The position numbers and the translations under genes are program-made. Shown here piece after piece: positions 1 to 7,789 of a stretch of 39,442 bases of DNA (positions are counted from its first letter, which is position 1; each line of letters starts with the position of its first letter). The notes beneath the pieces are model-generated. The model had not been told where the DNA came from. It searched no databases and worked only from the letters and a program-made list of their open reading frames with translations. Location of the stretch: the sequence record SRR20825010_1318; one strand, written 5' to 3'.

Positions 1-1
1 A

Positions 2-451
2 ATGGAATACGCCAACACCAGCATCGGTGACGGAGGCCTGATCTTGAAACTTGGGGATGGCACCGTGACCAACTCAACTTGGAAGGCCAAAAAGATCTCT
101 TGGGGGCCAATCCACGGCGACGTCAAGAATCCACGAATCGAAAGCACTGCCATTCCGAATGATTGGTACGCGATCGACTTTGACGACAGCGAGTGGCCAA
201 ACGCGACGGAGTTCACGGAGGAAGAAGTCGGCCCCAAAGCTCCCTTCTTCGAGCATGACTTTGAGGGTGCCAAATTCATTTGGTCGGGCGATGTGAAGTT
301 GGACAACGTGGTCTTATTCCGAACCGTTGTGCCGTCTCCACCGGACGGAAAGCAACGTCCCGATTTTCGCGGATTGACCGATGTCGTCCCGCAGGGTGGC
401 GGTCGAGGTGGTGGAAATCGCGGACAGCGTCCGCGGGGACGCGGCAACTGA
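2..451 (+). CDS. Hypothetical protein, C-terminal part (probably truncated by the window edge), Gly/Arg-rich tail
   Basis: Frame is open from the window edge to TGA at 449-451. Protein-like sequence (DWYAIDFDDSEW, AKFIW..DVKLDNVVLFR) and a GGRGGGNRG tail like those of its neighbours. Confidence 0.75.
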   Translation: MEYANTSIGDGGLILKLGDGTVTNSTWKAKKISWGPIHGDVKNPRIESTAIPNDWYAIDFDDSEWPNATEFTEEEVGPKAPFFEHDFEGAKFIWSGDVKLDNVVLFRTVVPSPPDGKQRPDFRGLTDVVPQGGGRGGGNRGQRPRGRGN

Positions 452-496
452 AGATTCGTTCAAAAGGCCGGTTTTATTTCTCCTCGAAAGTTTCTC

Positions 497-1654
497 ATGC
501 CCATTCGACTCACGCTCCTTTTGATTTTCCTCGCCTCGATGGCGCTTTCGCACCCGTTGCACGCCCAACGATCCGGCGAGCGCAAACGCGGCAACGGCGG
601 CAGCAATCAAGGTGGTGTGTTTCGCAACTCGCCTTTGCCTGACGTCGATGCTCTGACGGCCGACGGCAAACCCGTCAACCTTCGAGAACTCTGCGATGGC
701 AAGTACACACTGTTGGCGATGGGATGTTTGACCTGTCCCGAATTTCATCGCAGCTATCCCGAAATCGAGGCAGCGAACCAGGACTATGCATCCGATGACG
801 TTCAATTCTTCTACGTCTACAAATCGCTCCGGCATCCTGAACTGGGCGGCTATGTGGAGGCACAGAACCAGAACGAACGATTGTTGCAACTGAAAGAAGC
901 CCGCGAAATACTTGGGACGCAGGTCCCTTGGATCGCGGATTCGATCGACAACTCAATTCGAGACGCGTTGCAATCGGGATCCCGGTCGGTGTATCTGGTT
1001 TCGCCCGAAGGCAAGATTGTGTTCTCACACAACAAACCGACGCGGTCGGACATTCGCGAAGCCCTGAGTGAGTTCGTCGGAGAGATCGAACAACCGACCC
1101 CCGCCAGCGAACTCGACTTGCCGCAATTGCCTCGCCGTCGTCAGAACCTCAACGTCGATTCCGAAATTCGAGTGGCCCGACCAGAAGGGCTGACGATTCT
1201 CGTTCAAACGGCCAAGACACCCGAACAAACTTACTATGTCAAGTTGCGTGCGGAGGCGGATGCGGAATTGCTGCAAACCGGCACGGGAAAATTGTTTCTC
1301 GGTTTCTATCCCGACCCAATCCACAACGTGCATTGGAACAATCTGACGGAACCAATGAAGTACACGTTGACACTTCCGAAAGGCGTCGAAGCCACTCCGA
1401 TGGAAGCGAGTGCGAACAAGGGGCCAGGCGACAAAGACACACAGCCAAGACAATTCTGGGTGACGGTGAAATCAGACGTTCCGCTGTCGTCGATCGAATT
1501 GTCGATGCACTACTTCGGATGCACCGAAGGCATGTGCGAAGCCCTGACGCAGGAATACACGATCGAATTCAAAGAAGCCGGAATGGATTCCCGAACATTC
1601 GGTTTCAACCGAGGCCCCCGCGGACGTGCCAGACAGGAACGGCTTTCAAATTAG
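497..1654 (+). CDS. Secreted thioredoxin-fold (deiodinase-like) protein with a C-terminal Ig-like/DsbD-alpha-like domain
   Basis: Signal peptide (LTLLLIFLASMALSHPLHA-Q). GCLTCPEF / FFYVYKSLRHP / WIADSIDN parallel the iodothyronine-deiodinase motifs GSCTUPPF / IYIEEAHP / VDTMDN. A second Cys pair occurs in YFGCTEGMC. Confidence 0.7.
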   Translation: MPIRLTLLLIFLASMALSHPLHAQRSGERKRGNGGSNQGGVFRNSPLPDVDALTADGKPVNLRELCDGKYTLLAMGCLTCPEFHRSYPEIEAANQDYASDDVQFFYVYKSLRHPELGGYVEAQNQNERLLQLKEAREILGTQVPWIADSIDNSIRDALQSGSRSVYLVSPEGKIVFSHNKPTRSDIREALSEFVGEIEQPTPASELDLPQLPRRRQNLNVDSEIRVARPEGLTILVQTAKTPEQTYYVKLRAEADAELLQTGTGKLFLGFYPDPIHNVHWNNLTEPMKYTLTLPKGVEATPMEASANKGPGDKDTQPRQFWVTVKSDVPLSSIELSMHYFGCTEGMCEALTQEYTIEFKEAGMDSRTFGFNRGPRGRARQERLSN

Positions 1655-1675
1655 ACGTAGGACGTCTGCTCCCAC

Positions 1676-1767
1676 AACCGCGAAGCGGTTCAACAAAACA
1701 ACCCAGGGTCGCGAAGCGAACCCTGGGTACTCAGCCAGAATGCACACGAACCCCAACGGGGTTCAAC
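1676..1767 (+). repeat. Left REP-like three-hairpin element flanking the transposase
   Basis: Hairpins AACCGC-GAA-GCGGTT (1676-1690), ACCCAGGG-TCGC-GAA-GCGA-A-CCCTGGGT (1701-1728) and GAACCCC-AAC-GGGGTTC (1748-1764). Confidence 0.85.
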
Positions 1768-1773
1768 GACGCG

Positions 1774-2226
1774 TCACTCCCAAACATATCTTTCATCAAT
1801 CAGGACTTTGTACTTTATACAGATTCTGCGGAACTCATCCTGGAAGCCTTCGTTTCGATGATGTTCCTCCTGGTTGTTGATGTACTTCGTCAGTAGGTCG
1901 ACATGAGAGTGACTGACGGAGAACGCGCCATAGCCTGATTGCCAATAGAAGTTGCGAATGCTTAGTTCGCGTTTCACCCACTCCGATGAATCGGACTTTA
2001 GGTTTCGCACCAAGGTCGCGATATCCATGGTCTTTCCCAACCGGATGAGCAGATGAACATGATCTTCCACGCCATTCACGATGATCGCTGGGCAGTCTTG
2101 CTTGTTTGCGATTTCAGCAAGGTAGGCATGCACTCGCTTTCGATCCCCTTCGTCCTTCAACAAGTGCTTTCGCCCCTTGGTCGAGAATACAACGTGTATA
2201 TAAATTTGAACAAGTGATTGTCCCAT
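1774..2226 (-). CDS. tnpA: IS200/IS605-family Y1 HUH transposase (TnpA / REP-associated tyrosine transposase-like)
   Basis: HVVFSTKGR N-terminus, HUH motif DHVHLL, WQSGYGAFSVS, catalytic Tyr in KYINNQEEHH; 150 aa; no tnpB. Confidence 0.93.
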   Translation of the reverse strand: MGQSLVQIYIHVVFSTKGRKHLLKDEGDRKRVHAYLAEIANKQDCPAIIVNGVEDHVHLLIRLGKTMDIATLVRNLKSDSSEWVKRELSIRNFYWQSGYGAFSVSHSHVDLLTKYINNQEEHHRNEGFQDEFRRICIKYKVLIDERYVWE

Positions 2227-3901
2227 GATGAAAATGCCTCAGACCACTCGAGTACCGGTTGTTCAACCCCGTTGGGGTTGGCGAGCTATCATTGCACATT
2301 TGCCCGGGGTGCGTTTCGCAACCCCGGGTTTTGTTGTGGCACACCTTCGGTGTTGTCCAAGCGTCCCTGCCTTCCTGTTTGCGACTCTCGTTGCCACAAC
2401 AACGAGTGCTCATGATGGGCACTCGCATGCTCCGTCACCCGAGACGCAACATGAGATCGTTCGGCTCAACACGGGACCTCCTCGGACCACTTTGGTAGTC
2501 CAGCGTGATGAGACGCAGTTGGAGCGTCCGGCCATTGCCAGCGTTTTTGAACCCTTTCGAAACAAGCTCGCCATTCGCTATGACCGGGACCATCTCTTTG
2601 TGGAATCCAACGGCATGCCTGACCACTCGATGATGGTCGGTATCACCGCTTGGCAGCAGCAAGTCCCGTTGCCGCAAAAGTACACCGGCAACAACGCATG
2701 GAGCATTCCGCTGAATCCCGTGCCAGCCAAGAAGCCAATGCTAACGAAGGACAACTTCTTTCGAGGTGCGATCGCGCTCGCCGCCAACGGCGTCCCGATA
2801 TTCAATCCAATCAAAAACGATGGCAAGACTGACACGCTGAAGGCCGGCGAGTTGGATCAATGGGGCGGCCATTGCGGACGTGCTGACGACTACCATTACC
2901 ACATCGCTCCCGTGCACCTGGAAAGGATTGTGGGCGTAGGGAATCCTGTTGCCGTCGCGCTCGATGGCTATCCGATCTACGGCTACAACGATCCGAATGG
3001 CAAGCCACCAATTGATCTGGATCACTTGAACGGGCACAAAGGTCCTGACGGCAAGTACCACTATCACGCCACGACGACGTTTCCCTATTTAAACGGCGGA
3101 TTCTATGGCGAAGTGGTGGAACGTGATGGCCAAGTTGATCCGCAGCCCCGTGCTCAAGGCGTCCGTCCAGCGTTGAGAGGGTTGAAAGGAGCCAAGATCA
3201 CCGGTTTTGAGAAACCCGAGCAGGATAGCTACATCGTGCGATACGAAGTGTTTGGAGAGCCTCGTTCGGTGGAGTACACCGTTGCGAAGGACGGCTCGGC
3301 GACGTTCCAGTTCGTGACTCCTCAAGGAACGGAAACAGAACACTACTCGCCACGACAGCGGGGCGTTGGCGAAGGACGTCGCGACGCAGAACCACCTCGC
3401 CGCAATGAACCAAGCGGGCAACGCCGAGGCGGGAACGGCCAGTCTCGTGAGGGCCGCCGTTCCGGTCGAGGAGGCCGGCCCGATTCAATGCGACCGTCTG
3501 CTGACGCGAATTCGCGAAATGCAGGTGGGCCACGTGGCTCGCAACCTGGCGATGGGCCTCGCCAGCCTTGGATTCTTGTGCACGCGGATGAGATCGATTT
3601 GGATCACAACAACATCATCAGTCGAGATGAGATTGTTGGCGAAGCGAGCAAAGCGTTCGCTGGCTATGATACCGACGCCGATGGACAACTCACGCAGTCA
3701 GAACTCTCTGGCCGTGGCGGTTCACGTAGTGCAATGGCGGGTTTTCTGAAGGGACACGCTAAAGAGATTGACCGCGACAATGACGGGATCGTTTCGAAGA
3801 AAGAAGCGATCTCGAATGCGGAGCGGATGTTTCAAAAAATCGACACGAGCGGCGACGGCGAGATCCAACCAGATGAGCTTGATGCCTCACGCAGGAAGTG
3901 A
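2225..3901 (+). CDS. Secreted YHYH-domain protein with C-terminal EF-hands (start uncertain; GTG 2309 or 2336 plausible)
   Basis: Two YHYH motifs (DDYHYH, KYHYH), ALDGYPIYG, signal-like AFLFATLVATTTSA-HDGHSH, and four EF-hand-like loops (DLDHNNIISRDE, DTDADGQLTQSE, DRDNDGIVSKKE, DTSGDGEIQPDE). Confidence 0.88.
   Translation: MMKMPQTTRVPVVQPRWGWRAIIAHLPGVRFATPGFVVAHLRCCPSVPAFLFATLVATTTSAHDGHSHAPSPETQHEIVRLNTGPPRTTLVVQRDETQLERPAIASVFEPFRNKLAIRYDRDHLFVESNGMPDHSMMVGITAWQQQVPLPQKYTGNNAWSIPLNPVPAKKPMLTKDNFFRGAIALAANGVPIFNPIKNDGKTDTLKAGELDQWGGHCGRADDYHYHIAPVHLERIVGVGNPVAVALDGYPIYGYNDPNGKPPIDLDHLNGHKGPDGKYHYHATTTFPYLNGGFYGEVVERDGQVDPQPRAQGVRPALRGLKGAKITGFEKPEQDSYIVRYEVFGEPRSVEYTVAKDGSATFQFVTPQGTETEHYSPRQRGVGEGRRDAEPPRRNEPSGQRRGGNGQSREGRRSGRGGRPDSMRPSADANSRNAGGPRGSQPGDGPRQPWILVHADEIDLDHNNIISRDEIVGEASKAFAGYDTDADGQLTQSELSGRGGSRSAMAGFLKGHAKEIDRDNDGIVSKKEAISNAERMFQKIDTSGDGEIQPDELDASRRK
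2261..2353 (-). repeat. Right REP-like three-hairpin element (inverted copy of 1676-1767)
   Basis: Hairpins CAACCCC-GTT-GGGGTTG (2264-2280), CCCGGGG-TGCG-TTT-CGCA-A-CCCCGGG (2303-2328) and ACACC-TTC-GGTGT (2341-2353). The reverse complement has the same order and a similar CAACAAAA spacer as the left unit. Confidence 0.85.
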
Positions 3902-3907
3902 GCTACA

Positions 3908-3930
3908 GGGCATGCGAACGAGGCATGCCC
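3908..3930. terminator. Stem-loop between convergent genes
   Basis: Perfect 8-bp stem GGGCATGC-N7-GCATGCCC, 6 nt after the YHYH stop; no clear U-tract. Confidence 0.45.
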
Positions 3931-3964
3931 GAGTTGCTTACATCAAGTGACAAATGGACGTGGC

Positions 3965-4714
3965 TCAGGCCACGCCCTCTTGCATGTCTGCTTCCACCAC
4001 ATTTTCCGCAAAGCTTTGGTAGGCTTCCCCGATTTGCTGTGCCATCGGATCGGGCCAAGCATGGAAGCGTCCTTCCGCGAGTGCATCAAAGATTGCGGTG
4101 GCGACCAATTCTGGCGGTGCACCAACGTCTTCGAAGCCAGCGTTTTTGCCCATGTCGGTCGCGATCGGACCTGGATGCACACTGACCACCTGTGTGCCTT
4201 GGTCACGCAAAGTTTCGCGTAAGCCTTGCGTGACTGAATAGCTGGCCGATTTTGATGCGCAGTAGGTGGTGAGGTCTCCGAACGTTTTGACCGACGCCAC
4301 ACTGTTCAGTTGAGCGATCGCGCCTCCGCCGTTTGCTTTCAACACGGGGGCAAATGCTTGCACCATACGAATCAGACCGTAGACATTCACGTTCATTTCG
4401 AATTGCAACGCTTCGATCGCGTCGTCATCCAGCGCATTCTTGACCTTCAGGACGCCAGCGTTGTTGATGACGAGGTCCACATCCGTCGCAACTTTCGCGG
4501 CGGAGGTGATGGTTCCCGGATCTTCCAAGTCCACTCTTAGCGGAACAACCCGGTCACCGTGCTCCTTTACAAGGTCATCGGCCGAGTCGGTGTTGCGGAC
4601 GGCGGCGAACACTTTGGTCGCACCACGTTTCAAGGCTTCTTTCAAAATCACTTTGCCGATGCCGCGGTTTGCTCCAGTGACCAGTACGACTTTGTCTTTC
4701 ACTTCAAAATTCAT
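3965..4714 (-). CDS. Short-chain dehydrogenase/reductase (SDR)
   Basis: TGANRGIG nucleotide-binding motif, NNAG, catalytic YCASK, HPGPIATDM. Confidence 0.95.
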   Translation of the reverse strand: MNFEVKDKVVLVTGANRGIGKVILKEALKRGATKVFAAVRNTDSADDLVKEHGDRVVPLRVDLEDPGTITSAAKVATDVDLVINNAGVLKVKNALDDDAIEALQFEMNVNVYGLIRMVQAFAPVLKANGGGAIAQLNSVASVKTFGDLTTYCASKSASYSVTQGLRETLRDQGTQVVSVHPGPIATDMGKNAGFEDVGAPPELVATAIFDALAEGRFHAWPDPMAQQIGEAYQSFAENVVEADMQEGVA

Positions 4715-4827
4715 CTCGAAACCCTTTTCCGTGTTTGTTTTGTCAAGTTTGCTTGATTAGTCGGCGGCACTTGATAGCGCCAGCCTTGTTTGCGTTTCAT
4801 CTTCCGTCTGCTGAGCAACCGCACAAA

Positions 4828-5385
4828 CTACGCTTCGGCGTGCCATTCGTTTTTTGAAAAGGCATCATCCAGTGGCGTTTCCGCGATGTGATTGGTGTAG
4901 TTCGAGAGCACCTTGTAGGCCGTCCCCACGATCACCTCGAAAACGGTTGCGTTTGTGTAGCCCACCGCCAACAACGCTTCGATGTCTCCGTCTTCCATCC
5001 AACCACGTTGGACGTTGACCTTTTCAGCGAAGACGCGAAGTGCTTCGAGCTTTGGATCGGCGATCGGTGTGCCCGTTCGCAAGGACTCGATCACGTCGGC
5101 CGGTACCTTGAGTGACTGCATGATCGACGTGTGGGCGGCCATGCAGTATTCGCATCCATTGAGCCGGTTGTTGGTCATCGCGATGATCTGACGCTCAGTC
5201 GCATTCAGATTGGTCTTCGTATCAAAGATCCCCGCGATCGTTCGATAGGCTTCCAACAACGCGGGCGACTCCGCCATCGCGGCGTGCAGATTCGGAACAA
5301 ATCCGTATGTCTTCTGGCTGTGTTCCAGCTGTGGTTTGCTGGCTTCCGGAGCGGAATCGATCGTGTGTGTTTGAAAATCAGTCAT
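4828..5385 (-). CDS. Carboxymuconolactone decarboxylase / AhpD-like alkylhydroperoxidase family protein
   Basis: GFVPNL..AMAESP, ERQII, NGCEYCMAAH (CxxC-xx-H), SNYTNH; RBS-like GAGG upstream. Confidence 0.9.
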   Translation of the reverse strand: MTDFQTHTIDSAPEASKPQLEHSQKTYGFVPNLHAAMAESPALLEAYRTIAGIFDTKTNLNATERQIIAMTNNRLNGCEYCMAAHTSIMQSLKVPADVIESLRTGTPIADPKLEALRVFAEKVNVQRGWMEDGDIEALLAVGYTNATVFEVIVGTAYKVLSNYTNHIAETPLDDAFSKNEWHAEA

Positions 5386-5400
5386 CGTCTTGCCTCAGTT

Positions 5401-5416
5401 TTGACCACTCGGTCCA
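5401..5416. promoter_or_regulatory. TetR-family (NemR-like) operator palindrome
   Basis: TTGACC-ACTC-GGTCCA matches the NemR box TAGACC-N4-GGTCTA at 10/12 positions and lies 15 bp upstream of the AhpD-like start. Confidence 0.55.
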
Positions 5417-5740
5417 AATGGGATCTGGAAATCGGAAGAAACACGTTCCTCCGGGGCGTGAACCACTGCGGTTGTGTCAGGAAAATGCATGTTTGAATGG
5501 CCGGACCGCCATTCGACGACCAAGTCGCGAGAAAAACCTCGTGGTATGAGGGTTCGCTAGTGCGCTCGAAACCGTCATCGGTGAGCCCGGCTGAACTGGA
5601 CTGGCCCCTTGCGATCGATTGACACCATCCGCCTGGGCGAATCCCAAAAATCCGCGGTGGATTCTTCCTTCGCCGGTCTCGTCCACCTCGTACGATAGAA
5701 GGCGATTCCGCATGTCTCTCAACGTCGTCGAAGATCTGAA

Positions 5741-6583
5741 ATGAACACCTCCCACGTCGGGTGCCAACTGAACTACCTCGTGAAGTCGGCCTCGATCTTC
5801 CTTTTGAACTGTTCTGTCGCCAGAAATCCGCACCAAATCGTGACTTCAGAGTCGCTCGAGGTGCTGCCGTTTTCACCGGTCGAAGAATGCGACGTCAGCC
5901 CACTCGGCAACCGGGTCGTTCGATTGAACGCTCCTCCGGGAGAACTGCAGATTCGTTACGCGGCGACCGTGGGCCTGCAGACGGAATCTGTCGACTCGAA
6001 TGACTTGATGGAAACCGATTACGAAAAGCTGCCCGGCGACATTCTTTCGTATCTCAACCCGAGCCGATATTGCGAATCGGACAAGCTCTATCGTTTTGCG
6101 ATTGACGAGTTCGGACACCTCGTTCCCGGATATTCACGCGTCACAGCGATTTGCAATTGGACGTTCGAGCAACTTGCCTACATCCCCGGCAGCACCAATT
6201 CCACGACGACCGCTTGCGATGTCTTGTTGCAACGAGCGGGCGTGTGCCGAGACTATGCGCACGTCGCTATCAGCTTGTGTCGTGCGTTGGGAATCCCTGC
6301 CCGATACGTGTCCGGGTACGCGGTCAATCTGGTCCCGCCGGACTTCCACGGTTTCATGGAAGCCTACTTGGACGGACGTTGGTTCCTCTTTGATGCCACT
6401 CGGTTGGCACCAGTCGGTGGCTTGGTTCGAATCGGCACCGGACGTGATGCAGCCGACGTGGCTTTCGCGACCATCCGCGGTGAAGTCGATTGCACGGGGA
6501 TGGGCGTGTGGGCAACGGATGCTAACCCGACGGACGAAAGGTTGAGTCCTGACAATGTGCAAACCGGAGTCAGCTCTGCTTGA
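5741..6583 (+). CDS. Transglutaminase-like family protein
   Basis: YLNPSRYCESD, Cys-His-Asp triad in GVCRDYAH / DFHG / LFDAT, GIPARYVSGY, GRDAADVAF. Confidence 0.93.
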   Translation: MNTSHVGCQLNYLVKSASIFLLNCSVARNPHQIVTSESLEVLPFSPVEECDVSPLGNRVVRLNAPPGELQIRYAATVGLQTESVDSNDLMETDYEKLPGDILSYLNPSRYCESDKLYRFAIDEFGHLVPGYSRVTAICNWTFEQLAYIPGSTNSTTTACDVLLQRAGVCRDYAHVAISLCRALGIPARYVSGYAVNLVPPDFHGFMEAYLDGRWFLFDATRLAPVGGLVRIGTGRDAADVAFATIRGEVDCTGMGVWATDANPTDERLSPDNVQTGVSSA

Positions 6584-6715
6584 GCGACTTGACACTTCCC
6601 GCGAGTAAGTTCAGCCGATCGATCTCAACACCTGGCATCGCGACCAATGTTGCAACAGCCGCTATTAGCCATGCCAGATTTGATTGCGTTTTCAGCTTCA
6701 ATGCTCGTTCAACAA

Positions 6716-7312
6716 TTACGGATCACTTGGATCCAGAGATAGCGGGATGCTGATCACCAAAGCGGCCGCCCGATCGTCATTGCTGGATCGCCGCGAAGCG
6801 TGGCAACTGAGGCAGGTCGCGGACAATCGTATCCTTCCCGCGAAACGGTAGACGTCTTTCGCGGTCTCATCGAAACTCGGCTTACCAGTCTTCAGCGATT
6901 TCACCGCTCGCTCTTCAAAGCCTGTCTCGGGTTCATTGTCGACATTCATCGCTTTCAAATCGACCGCGATCCATCGCAATTGAATCCCGTGGCTCTTCTC
7001 GAGCTCCGCAAAAACATCTTCCAGGGAACGAGACGGGATGCTGAGCCCTTCGTCTTCGCGGAAGAAGTCGCGGTGCATGACCTGGAGAGTTCCGTGCAAC
7101 GTCTCATGCAGGATGGCCGCACGGGTTCTCGCTTCAACCAGCGTCGTTTTCGGGCGTTCACGCGAAGACTTATCGTCCGACGTGCGGGCCGTCGTCGCAT
7201 TTTTCGCTGGAGCATCGGTTGACTTTATCTGACTGAACGCCAACTCAGAAGTCAGCAACCAACCCAGCATCATTGCGCCGGCAAACGTGATCGTGCGAGT
7301 GAATGACCTCAA
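6716..7312 (-). CDS. Exported c-type heme protein, DUF3365 (Tll0287-like) family; start probably TTG 7312 or ATG 7273
   Basis: Signal-like segment, NVDNEP..FE..A motif and a single CxxCH (CLSCH) followed by ALVISIP at the C-terminus. Confidence 0.8.
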   Translation of the reverse strand: MRSFTRTITFAGAMMLGWLLTSELAFSQIKSTDAPAKNATTARTSDDKSSRERPKTTLVEARTRAAILHETLHGTLQVMHRDFFREDEGLSIPSRSLEDVFAELEKSHGIQLRWIAVDLKAMNVDNEPETGFEERAVKSLKTGKPSFDETAKDVYRFAGRIRLSATCLSCHASRRSSNDDRAAALVISIPLSLDPSDP

Positions 7313-7464
7313 AGGATTGCCTCGACAAAAGGAGGAAGAAGCGTCGCGAAAGGTTGACGCGAGGAAACGTTGATTGACGCATTGGAAGGATCGGTGAATC
7401 GCAAGCAGAGCATTCTGACGCGAATACACGGTGTTTCCAAGCAAAATCACAGAATACCAGGCGA

Positions 7465-7480
7465 CGGCATCACGCTTGCA
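7465..7480 (+). promoter_or_regulatory. Putative sigma-54 (-24/-12) promoter
   Basis: CGGCAT-CACGC-TTGCA versus consensus TGGCAC-N5-TTGCA, with exact GG-N10-GC spacing, 30 bp upstream of ATG 7511. Confidence 0.6.
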
Positions 7481-7510
7481 ATGAAATAGGTTGATACCAC
7501 GGACGGGGCA

Positions 7511-7693
7511 ATGCCTTCTCTCATTCTTGGAATCGAAACCATGTTAATGCGAAACCCCCACGAAGAAATTGTTGTCACCAAAACGAGTTTGGTTGCCCCC
7601 AATTGCGAGTCACCAACGGTTTACCTGTTTGGACAAACCGTTCTCTTGTTGTTGTTCTTGGTCGCTATCCTGCTTCGTTCGTTGACTTTCTAA
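7511..7693 (+). CDS. Putative small membrane protein (50-60 aa, C-terminal TM helix)
   Basis: Fills the gap between two genes; hydrophobic TVLLLLFLVAILL; preceded by a sigma-54-type promoter and purine-rich GGACGGGG; followed by a long hairpin. Alternative ATG at 7541. Confidence 0.5.
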   Translation: MPSLILGIETMLMRNPHEEIVVTKTSLVAPNCESPTVYLFGQTVLLLLFLVAILLRSLTF

Positions 7694-7707
7694 GTCTCCG
7701 ACCTTCG

Positions 7708-7749
7708 GTAGGAACGCTGCGACCGCAGATCGATCCTGCGATCGCAGCG
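7708..7749 (+). repeat. GTAG-headed REP-like palindrome / possible bidirectional terminator
   Basis: GTAG-GAA followed by a 14-bp stem with one mismatch, CGCTGCGACCGCAG-ATCGATC-CTGCGATCGCAGCG, between convergent ORFs. Confidence 0.55.
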
Positions 7750-7789
7750 CTCCGCCATTTCAAATCATCTTGCGAGACGCCAACTTCAC

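Larger units (their letters stand above)
1676..2353 (-). mobile_element. TnpA-only IS200/RAYT-like element bounded by inverted palindromic repeats
   Basis: tnpA lies between two inverted copies of the same three-hairpin unit and is oriented against the flanking + strand genes. Exact ends are uncertain. Confidence 0.75.

Noticed and set aside
725-736. Selenoprotein (deiodinase-like)
   Set aside because: The Sec-equivalent codon is TGT (Cys); there is no in-frame TGA.
1653-1667. Hairpin AGACGT-AGG-ACGTCT at the stop of the 497-1654 gene
   Set aside because: Short, with no counterpart at the right end of the element; cannot be assigned as a terminator or element end.
1655-2400. IS605/IS607-type tnpB, omega-RNA system or CRISPR array
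   Set aside because: No RuvC/zinc-finger ORF is adjacent, and the repeats are two inverted composite units, not direct repeats with spacers.
5382-5876. ORFs of 119-164 aa spanning the AhpD/transglutaminase gap
   Set aside because: They overlap real genes, have no recognisable motif and show non-coding-like composition.
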